Notes under the pieces: generated by a model
What the model was told of the DNA's origin: nothing
Seen by the model: the letters and a program-made list of their open reading frames with translations, nothing else
Databases searched by the model: none
Assembly: GCA_964372395.1 (NCBI GenBank)
Contig: CAYJQV010000004.1
Location: 2,984 to 66,983 of the forward strand
Direction: 5' to 3'
Length of the DNA: 64,000 nucleotides
Source of the DNA: an uncultured Planctomycetia bacterium
GTDB taxonomy: Bacteria; Omnitrophota; Gorgyraeia; 1-14-0-20-64-10
Made by a program: the position numbers and the translations under genes
In this document: piece after piece, positions 8,861-15,951 of the stretch
How positions within the stretch are numbered: position 1 is the stretch's first letter
Layout: the number at the start of each line of letters is the position of its first letter

Positions 8861-9517
8861 TTGCGGCGCGTGCAGCTCATCCTCTATGACCTCGATGGGA
8901 CCCTCGTCGACACGCGGGAGGACATCGCCCGGGCGGCCAATCACATGCGCTCGGCGATGGGGCTTGCGCCCCTGCCGCGGGAAGCGATCTGCGCCCACGT
9001 CGGCTGGGGCTTGAGCCAGCTCGTGCAGAGCTGCCTGGGAACCGGCGAGCCGCAGGCCATCGAGGAAGGGATCCGGATCTACCGGGCCCATTACGCCGAG
9101 CATCTTCTGGATCACACCGTTCTGTACCCCGGGGCTCAGGAGCTCCTGGAGCATTTTCGGGACAGGCGCCAGGCGGTGGTGACCAACAAACCCAACCCTT
9201 ACTCCCGCGAGATCCTGACCGCCCTGGGTGTGGCCGGTTATTTCTTCGAGATTGTGGCGGGCGACTCCGGCTTTGCCAAGAAGCCGGACCCCCAGGCGAT
9301 CCGGGCGCTGATGGAGCGGGCAGGGGTGCCGGCAGGGGAGACGCTTCTCGTCGGCGACAGCCCGATTGACGTGGAGACCGGCCGACGGGCGGGGGTGAAG
9401 TCTGTCGCGGTGGGCCACGGCTTTTCCCCGGAGGAGGAGCTCCAGAAGGCCTGCCCCGACTGGGCGGTGAGGGATCTCCGGGAGCTCCTGGATCTGGCGA
9501 GGAGCGAGCAATGGTAG
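8861..9517 (+). CDS. gph: HAD-family hydrolase, phosphoglycolate phosphatase-like
   Basis: LILYDLDGTLVDT motif I and a ...VGDSPIDVETG... motif III. Confidence 0.75.
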   Translation: MRRVQLILYDLDGTLVDTREDIARAANHMRSAMGLAPLPREAICAHVGWGLSQLVQSCLGTGEPQAIEEGIRIYRAHYAEHLLDHTVLYPGAQELLEHFRDRRQAVVTNKPNPYSREILTALGVAGYFFEIVAGDSGFAKKPDPQAIRALMERAGVPAGETLLVGDSPIDVETGRRAGVKSVAVGHGFSPEEELQKACPDWAVRDLRELLDLARSEQW

Positions 9518-10557
9518 CCCGCAGGCCCTACACCACGGGCTACGCCCAGGTGGACCGGAGGATCGCGGAGCTTCTGGAATCCTTCGGCGACGGTTTCGAC
9601 CGGGAGCTGCTGGCGGAGATGGTCACCTCCATCTACCGCTTCGGGCGGGACGGGGCCTCGACGATCGATCTGAAGATCGTCAACAGCGCGGTGAAGGAGC
9701 TGCGCTACGCCTTCAAGGTGTTCCAGCCCTATCGCCGTATCCGCAAGGTCGCGATCTTCGGGTCGGCCCGCACGCCGCGCGGGGATCCCTCTTACGAGAT
9801 GGCCAGGGAGTTCGGCCGGATCATGGCCCGGTCGAGGTGGATGGTGATCACCGGTGCGGCCAGCGGCATCATGAAGGCCGGCCACGAGGGGGCGGGTCGG
9901 GAGGCCAGCTTCGGCCTCAACATCCGGCTTCCCTTCGAGCAGGAGGCGAACCCCGTCATCGCCCGTGACAGGAAGCTGGTGAGCTGCAAGTACTTCTTCA
10001 CCCGGAAGCTGCTCTTCATCAAGGAGTCGGACGCTACGGTCCTCTTCCCCGGGGGGTTCGGGACGCTGGACGAGGGCTTCGAATGCCTGACCCTCGTCCA
10101 GACGGGCAAAAGCGTGCCGCGCCCCATCGTCTTCGTGGATTATCCGGACGGGCGCTTCTGGGGGCCCCTCCTGAAGTTCTTCGACGACGTCTGTCGCGAG
10201 GAGAAGATCTCCTCCAGCGACCGGTCGCTCTACACGGTGGCCCGTTCGGCGAGAGAGGCCGCCGCCCAGGTCAAGGGATTCTACCGGGTGTATCACTCCA
10301 TGCGGTACGTGGGGGAGGAGACGGTCTTCCGCCTCCAGAAGCCAATGCCGGATCGGGTGGTGCGGGATCTCTCCAGGCAGTTTGGGGACATCCTGATCTC
10401 CGGCAGGATCCGGCAGGGGGAGGCCCTTTCCGAAGAGGAGGAGAGCCAGCGGGACGAGCCGGAGCTGCAGAAGCTGCCGCGTCTCATCTTCCGTTTCAAC
10501 CGCAGGGACTACGGCCGCCTGGTGGAGCTCATCCACCGCATCAACGCCGGCGGCTGA
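9511..10557 (+). CDS. LOG-family (TIGR00730) nucleotide 5'-monophosphate nucleosidase, PpnN-like with N- and C-terminal extensions
   Basis: PGGFGTLDE and ...AIFGSAR... LOG motifs. 348 aa. Confidence 0.75.
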   Translation: MVARRPYTTGYAQVDRRIAELLESFGDGFDRELLAEMVTSIYRFGRDGASTIDLKIVNSAVKELRYAFKVFQPYRRIRKVAIFGSARTPRGDPSYEMAREFGRIMARSRWMVITGAASGIMKAGHEGAGREASFGLNIRLPFEQEANPVIARDRKLVSCKYFFTRKLLFIKESDATVLFPGGFGTLDEGFECLTLVQTGKSVPRPIVFVDYPDGRFWGPLLKFFDDVCREEKISSSDRSLYTVARSAREAAAQVKGFYRVYHSMRYVGEETVFRLQKPMPDRVVRDLSRQFGDILISGRIRQGEALSEEEESQRDEPELQKLPRLIFRFNRRDYGRLVELIHRINAGG

Positions 10558-10592
10558 GCCGGCCCCTCCGCCAGCCCCGATCCGGAGCCCCC

Positions 10593-10621
10593 TTGCCCAA
10601 CATGTCAATATGTAGTAAAAT
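10593..10621 (+). promoter_or_regulatory. sigma70-like promoter (TTGCCC-N17-TAAAAT) for the XRE regulator
   Basis: AT-rich island in a GC-rich context. Correct 17-nt spacing. The predicted TSS lies 1-3 nt upstream of ATG 10631, which would make the mRNA leaderless. Confidence 0.45.
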
Positions 10622-10630
10622 TGCTACTGA

Positions 10631-11128
10631 ATGCCATACCTGCCGTTTGCCCGATCAGTGGCGCTGTGGAGGATCGAGCGGGGGCTCAGCCAGGAGGAGC
10701 TCGCCCGGCGGGCGGGGATCCCCCGGCCGAACCTTTCGGCCATCGAACGGGGCAAACGGGACGTCACCCTGGCGACGCTGAGGGCGCTTGCGGGGGCGCT
10801 GCGTGTCCGGCCCGGGGTTCTGGCGGACTGTATCCCCCCGAGGGCGGATGAGGGGAAGGCGCCTCTCTCCCGGGAGGAGATGGAGCGTGTGGCGGACAGG
10901 GTGGTTTGGGGCGGATCGGCGCGAAGCCGGAGGGAGCGGGCGCTCGTGGATGCGCTGAGGAGCCTGGTCCGGCACCGGTTGACCCCGATTCAGAGAGGCG
11001 GCGGGGATCCCCGCAGAGGGTACCGGTCTGCAGCCAGGGCCTGGTTGTGGCTGAGGTCCACTTATCCCCCGGAGGCGGTGAAGGGTCTCCTTCAGCGGAT
11101 CACGGATCGGGAGGCGCGGGCAGCATGA
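10631..11128 (+). CDS. XRE-family helix-turn-helix transcriptional regulator with C-terminal extension
   Basis: LSQEELARRAGIPRPNLSAIERGKRDVTLATLRALAGAL is an HTH_XRE domain. Confidence 0.8.
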   Translation: MPYLPFARSVALWRIERGLSQEELARRAGIPRPNLSAIERGKRDVTLATLRALAGALRVRPGVLADCIPPRADEGKAPLSREEMERVADRVVWGGSARSRRERALVDALRSLVRHRLTPIQRGGGDPRRGYRSAARAWLWLRSTYPPEAVKGLLQRITDREARAA

Positions 11129-11730
11129 GGAAGCAGATCCATGAGTTCTTCGAGGTTCTTGCACGGGAGCTGGACCGGCCCGCGCGGGTCATCCTGATCG
11201 GAGCGGCCGCCGGCGCGCTGTGGGGCTCGGTGCGGCCGAGCCAGGATGTGGACTTCGAGATCCGGGTGGCTGGCTCCGGTCCTGCCGGCGAGCGGGATAT
11301 CCAGACGGCGATTCAGCGGGCCGTGGAGGCGACCGGGGTTCAGGCGAACTACGCCGAGGAGATCGGTCGCTGGGGCATGATCTCTCTTGCGGACTACCGC
11401 AGGCATACGGCCCTCTACCGCCGATTTGGAAAGCTGGAGCTTCGCCTGCTCGATCCTGCCTACTGGGCGATCGGGAAGCTGGACCGCTACGTGCAATCGG
11501 ATGCGCAGGATCTGCTCTTCGTCCTCAGGAAGCGGAGGCCCTCCCTGAGACACGCGACCCGGGTGTGGGGACGGGCACTGCGCCAGAGCCCCCTCTCGGA
11601 GACAAAGCTGCTCTTCCGCAGGCACGTCGGGCATTTCCTGCGCACTCACGGGCGGGAGATTTGGGGGGAGCGGTTTGACCCGGCTGAGGCGGTCCGGGCG
11701 TTCCACCGCCACGCCGGCGTCTCGGTTTGA
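11124..11730 (+). CDS. minimal nucleotidyltransferase (MNT/AbiEii-like fold) protein
   Basis: ATGA overlap with the XRE gene. The ...GAAAGALWGSVRPSQDVDFEI... motif matches the GS-x(n)-DxD nucleotidyltransferase signature. Confidence 0.55.
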
Positions 11731-12844
11731 GGGCATGGAATGAATCCTGGCGCGGCACCCGGAGCCGCGCCAGGCGGCTGCGCGGGGCGGGATAGAGCCG
11801 GCCGGCCAGGCGGCGCATCCCCGCGGTCAGGGAAACCGCTGCAAGTTCATGGGACGGCACCCAGCGCAGGTCGATGTACCCGCCGGAGGGGCGGGGCTTT
11901 CCCTTCCAGCGGCAGCGCAGGGCCCGCAGATGCAGACGGCGATGGGAGAGGATCTGAATGACCTGCGCCTGGGGTTGTCCGGGCTCCGCCTGCACGCCCA
12001 GCCGTTCCCGAAGCAGGCCGGAGAGGCGGCCGGCGCGGGAGCTGCCCGGCCGGTGTTCGCCTCCCGGGAATTCCCAGAGGCCGGGCAGGAGGCCGGACAG
12101 GGGCCGCCGCGCGAGAAGGACGCGGCCGTCCTGTTCCAGGATGCCGCACAGGTAGGTGATCCGCTTCTTCGGCGTCTGCCGGCGCGCGGGAGGGATCCGC
12201 TCCTGCCAGCCGTTGCGGCGGGTGACGCAGCCGGATCGGATCGGGCACGCGGGACAGCTCGGATGCCGGGGCAGGCAGATGGTCGCTCCCAGATCCATCA
12301 GGGCCTGGTTGAAATCGCCGGGGCGGTTCTCAGGCACAAGCTGACCGGCGATCCCCCAGAGCCGGGCCTGAACGGCGGTTTGCCAGGGGTCCTGCCGGAT
12401 CCCGAAATAGCGGCAGAGGACCCTGAGGACATTTCCGTCAAGGACCGGCGCGGGGCGGTCGAAGGCGATGCTGGCGATGGCGCCGGCGGTGGTCCTGCCG
12501 ATCCCAGGCAGCCGGGTGAGATCCTCCGGACGGTCGGGGATCCGGCCCCCGCGCTCGCGCACGACCTGGATCGCCCCGGCATGCAGGTTCTTCGCGCGCG
12601 AATAGTAGCCCAGCCCGGACCAGGAATCCAGGACGGCGGTCAGCGGGGCGCGGGAGAGGGCCTCGAGGCTCGGGAAGCGGCGGAGGAACCGCTCATAGTA
12701 GGGAATGACGGTCTCCACCTGCGTCTGCTGAAGCATCGCCTCGGACACCCAGATGTGGTAGGGATTCCCGCTCTTTCTCCAGGGAAGATGCCGGCGGGCG
12801 TGTCGCCGGTACCAGGCCAGAAGCCGATCCTGCAACGCGCGCAT
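11525..12844 (-). CDS. mutY: A/G-specific adenine DNA glycosylase
   Basis: HhH-GPD domain, an FeS cluster loop (CLPRHPSCPACPIRSGC) and a C-terminal NUDIX-like domain (GLWEFPGGE). A low-complexity tail extends the ORF to 11525. Confidence 0.85.
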   Translation of the reverse strand: MRALQDRLLAWYRRHARRHLPWRKSGNPYHIWVSEAMLQQTQVETVIPYYERFLRRFPSLEALSRAPLTAVLDSWSGLGYYSRAKNLHAGAIQVVRERGGRIPDRPEDLTRLPGIGRTTAGAIASIAFDRPAPVLDGNVLRVLCRYFGIRQDPWQTAVQARLWGIAGQLVPENRPGDFNQALMDLGATICLPRHPSCPACPIRSGCVTRRNGWQERIPPARRQTPKKRITYLCGILEQDGRVLLARRPLSGLLPGLWEFPGGEHRPGSSRAGRLSGLLRERLGVQAEPGQPQAQVIQILSHRRLHLRALRCRWKGKPRPSGGYIDLRWVPSHELAAVSLTAGMRRLAGRLYPAPRSRLARLRVPRQDSFHALKPRRRRGGGTPGPPQPGQTAPPKSPARECAGNARRACGRAALSPRGGSGAVPVPTPGSRVSGRASAS

Positions 12845-12875
12845 GGGCGATCCCCGACCTTCCGTTCGGAGCCGG

Positions 12876-13649
12876 TCAGGGACGGGCCGCGGGCATGAAG
12901 ACAAGCCCTCGGAATGACTGCCAGCGGGCGTCCCGGAACTCCCTCAGCCCGTAGAGGATTGAGGAGGCGTCCCGCCGGCAGTACGTCCGGCCCAGGCGGT
13001 CCCAGAAGGAGAAGATGCTGGCGTAGTTGGAGTTGGTCTCGGCCGGGATGTCGGAATGATGAACCCGGTGCATGTTGGGGGAGACCAGGGCCAGGCGGAT
13101 CCAGCGATCGATCCGCTGGGGGAGGGCGATGTTGCTGTGGTGGAAGAGGATGACCGGCTGAAGGACCAGCTCATACAGGACCAGATTCTTCAGGGAGATC
13201 CCCAGCAGCGGGATCACCGCCAGCCGCAGCAGCGTGGAGATCACCATCTCCCCGAGATGGAACCGGTAGGCCGAGGTGGAGTCCACCGCCGGGTCGCTGT
13301 GGTGAACGCGATGGAACCGCCAGAGGAGCGGCAGCGCATGATTGGCGCGGTGCCAGAGGTACATCCACAGATCAAAGGCGAGGAAGCCGGCCAGGAGCTG
13401 CGAACGGTCGGCCAGGTTCAGCCGCGGGAGGAGCCCGACGGCGGTGAGCTCTCCCCAGCGGGCCGAGGCGGCCACCAGTCCGCTGAATCCGAGGGTCAGC
13501 ACGAAGCCGTTGAGGAGCCCGATGCCGATGTTCCGGATCCCGTGCGTGAGCCGCTGCGGCCGATCCATGAAGAGGGGGACAACCGACTCCAGCCAGAGGC
13601 ACAATCCCAGGGCGGACAGGTGGATTGCGAAGGCCGCCTGCCCCATCAT
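12876..13649 (-). CDS. sterol desaturase / fatty-acid hydroxylase superfamily membrane protein
   Basis: Histidine boxes HRANH, HRVHH and HRVHHSD. Confidence 0.75.
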   Translation of the reverse strand: MMGQAAFAIHLSALGLCLWLESVVPLFMDRPQRLTHGIRNIGIGLLNGFVLTLGFSGLVAASARWGELTAVGLLPRLNLADRSQLLAGFLAFDLWMYLWHRANHALPLLWRFHRVHHSDPAVDSTSAYRFHLGEMVISTLLRLAVIPLLGISLKNLVLYELVLQPVILFHHSNIALPQRIDRWIRLALVSPNMHRVHHSDIPAETNSNYASIFSFWDRLGRTYCRRDASSILYGLREFRDARWQSFRGLVFMPAARP

Positions 13650-13655
13650 CGTGCC

Positions 13656-14174
13656 CTACGAAACAGCCAGCTCTTCCTCATCCCACCAGCGCAGCTCCTC
13701 GAGGATCTCTTCCTCGGAGCCCAGCTCTTCCGGCGACGGGGCCTCGTCCGTCTGCTCCAGCTCTTCCCAGAGTTTCAGGATCTCCGCCTCCTCTTGGGGG
13801 CCGATCGCCTCCGCCAGCACGATCCGATCGGATTCCTCCAGCTCCTCTTCCAGGGAACGTTCCCCCAGCTCCTCCAGGAGGGACACCTCCATCAGGATCT
13901 CGGATTCCGGGCCCACGATTCCCGGGGGGATTCCTGTCGGGCGCAATCCCGCGACGACGAGGAGCAGCGCAGCAGCCAGAGCGCCGCTCCACGCAAGGCC
14001 CCATCGGGGCTGCAGGGTCCAGCGGGGACGGAAGAGCGGTGCCGGTGCTTCGCGCGGACGGATCCGGGCCAGGACTTCCTCGCTGAACCGCTCCAGGAGA
14101 TGCGCAGGAGGGTTCTTCAATGGATGACGGCTCAGCCATCCGCGGAGCCAGGAGTCCCAATCGGCGGGCTTCAT
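13656..14174 (-). CDS. putative membrane anti-sigma factor
   Basis: ATGA overlap with the ECF sigma stop. One TM helix and a very acidic C-terminal domain. Confidence 0.5.
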   Translation of the reverse strand: MKPADWDSWLRGWLSRHPLKNPPAHLLERFSEEVLARIRPREAPAPLFRPRWTLQPRWGLAWSGALAAALLLVVAGLRPTGIPPGIVGPESEILMEVSLLEELGERSLEEELEESDRIVLAEAIGPQEEAEILKLWEELEQTDEAPSPEELGSEEEILEELRWWDEEELAVS

Positions 14175-14761
14175 CGGCCGCCCCCCGCTGAGAGGAACGG
14201 CTCCAGCAGGCCTCGCAGGCCGTGTGCCGCCCGGAAGAGGTGCGCCTTGACCGTTCCCAGGCGGCATCCCATGACCTCGGAGACTTCCTCGAGAGACATC
14301 CCATGCAGATGATGCAGCAGGAAAGCGGTGCGCTGTTTCATCGGCAGCCTCCCGAGGCCGTCTGCCAGGCGGCCTGCCAGCTCCCGGTCCGCTGCCGCCT
14401 GTCGGGGATCCTGCCGGGGGTCGGCCAGCTCAAAAAGCTCAGGGGCCTCCTCGGGAGGGTCCGCCTCGGACCGGAGGGAAACCATGGCGGGCTGGCGTGC
14501 CTTCCTTCGGAAGAAGTCCTTGCACTCGTTCGCCACGATCCGGTAGAGCCAGGTTGAAAAGCGGGATCCTCCGCGAAAGCGGCCGAGGGCGCGGTAGGCC
14601 TGGACAAAGGCGTTCTGGGCCAGATCCCGGGCGTCTTCGAAGTTGCCCACGAAGCTGTAGGCGAGCTTGCATGCGGCGAGCTGGTAGCGCTCCACCAGCT
14701 CGCCGTAGCGCTCAACCTCGCCGCCTCGCACCGCCCCAAGGATCTCCTCATCGGTGGCCAT
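14171..14761 (-). CDS. RNA polymerase ECF sigma factor (sigma-70 family, sigma-24 type)
   Basis: Region 2 (YRLAYSFVGNFEDARDLAQNAFVQAYR) and region 4 (MSLEEVSEVMGCRLGTVKAHLFRA). Confidence 0.85.
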   Translation of the reverse strand: MATDEEILGAVRGGEVERYGELVERYQLAACKLAYSFVGNFEDARDLAQNAFVQAYRALGRFRGGSRFSTWLYRIVANECKDFFRRKARQPAMVSLRSEADPPEEAPELFELADPRQDPRQAAADRELAGRLADGLGRLPMKQRTAFLLHHLHGMSLEEVSEVMGCRLGTVKAHLFRAAHGLRGLLEPFLSAGGGR

Positions 14762-14777
14762 GGCCGGAGACAGTGTA

Positions 14778-15467
14778 TCACCTACGGTTTCCCCCGCGAG
14801 ACCCTTGGCCCCCGCGAGACCCCTGGCCCCCGTGAGACCGCGGCGAACGATGCTCTCCGCCGCGCCCAACCCCGCCGCGCCCTTCACCTCGGCCGTGGTC
14901 GCGGACCCCGTGGTCGCGGTGCGGGTGCCGCCCGTCCCGGAGGCCCTCCCTGCGGTCGTGAACGCGCTCCCTCCAGTGCGGATGGTTCTTCATGAACCGG
15001 CGGTGGGCCTCCGGGTGGGTTTCCTTCATACGCTCCAGCTTTTCCCGGCGCCAGTTCTGCCGATGCTCCAGCACCTCCCGGTAACGTTCCGGGTTCTTCT
15101 GCTTCAGCTCCGAGAGCCGCTTCTCCAGCCGCTCCTGGCGCTTCGCCTTCAGGCGCTCGTACAGCTGCGGCCGGTTTTCCTTGATCCACTGGAGCCGCTT
15201 CTGTTTCTTCTCCCGGATCTTGGCCATCGCCTGCCGGTAGGCATCCGGGTTGTTCTCCTTCAGGTACTCGAGCCGTTCACGCAGCTTGGCCCGCTTTTCC
15301 TGAACCGCCTGGCGGAACTTCTCCCTATCCGGTCCGGCGGTTCGCGCCTCCTCGCCGTATTCCTCGTCTCCCTCCGCCTGTTCCTCCGACTCCGCGTGGG
15401 CAGGCCGGCCGAGGGGAAGAATCGCAAGCCAAAGCACTGCAACGAGAAGAAGCAAATGTCTGTTCAT
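14778..15467 (-). CDS. secreted repeat protein (signal peptide; helical NPxxY/R-rich repeats; Gly/Arg-rich C-terminus)
   Basis: MNRHLLLLVAVLWLAILPLGRPAHA signal peptide. Repeated ENNPDAYRQ / ENRPQLYER / KNPERYRE units. First gene of the ECF sigma operon. Confidence 0.5.
   Translation of the reverse strand: MNRHLLLLVAVLWLAILPLGRPAHAESEEQAEGDEEYGEEARTAGPDREKFRQAVQEKRAKLRERLEYLKENNPDAYRQAMAKIREKKQKRLQWIKENRPQLYERLKAKRQERLEKRLSELKQKNPERYREVLEHRQNWRREKLERMKETHPEAHRRFMKNHPHWRERVHDRREGLRDGRHPHRDHGVRDHGRGEGRGGVGRGGEHRSPRSHGGQGSRGGQGSRGGNRR
14787..14840. repeat. 18-bp tandem repeat (about 2.7 copies; gagacccttggcccccgc-like) encoding GGQGSRGG repeats
   Basis: Direct inspection of the sequence. Confidence 0.6.
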
Positions 15468-15515
15468 CGTCTTTCCCTCCTTCTGCCCATTTAGACGCCG
15501 GACAGAGGAAAAGGT

Positions 15516-15905
15516 TTACAGAGAACCGGTCAGAGGAACCCGGGGTGCACGGCGGCGCTCTTCGGGGATGCCGGGAGGAGAGATGAGCTGGCGGACGAGG
15601 GTTCGGTCCGATTCCTCCATTCGCGTGAAGGAGATCCCCAGGCGGAACCGTCCGGCGTAGGGCAGGCAGTGAACCACGCGGCCGGTGATCTGCATGAGCC
15701 CCGGCGGGTGAGCGGGGAGGGGCAAGGCAGTGCGTGAGAATTCAAGCCGAACCAGCAGGCCCCACGGGAGAGAAACGTTGCTCAGGAGGCCGAGCCCATA
15801 CTCGCTGATGTCGTAGAGGAAGGCCTCGATCGGCCCGTCCGGCTTGTACACCGTCTGCGACCGCTCCGGATCTTCATGGACCTCCACGTTTACAGGGATC
15901 GGCAT
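15516..15905 (-). CDS. PilZ domain protein (c-di-GMP receptor-like)
   Basis: ~130 aa with PilZ-like motifs. Confidence 0.5.
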   Translation of the reverse strand: MPIPVNVEVHEDPERSQTVYKPDGPIEAFLYDISEYGLGLLSNVSLPWGLLVRLEFSRTALPLPAHPPGLMQITGRVVHCLPYAGRFRLGISFTRMEESDRTLVRQLISPPGIPEERRRAPRVPLTGSL

Positions 15906-15951
15906 TGCTAGCAACTATTCTATCACCCACCGCCCAGAGGAGGCCGGTATA

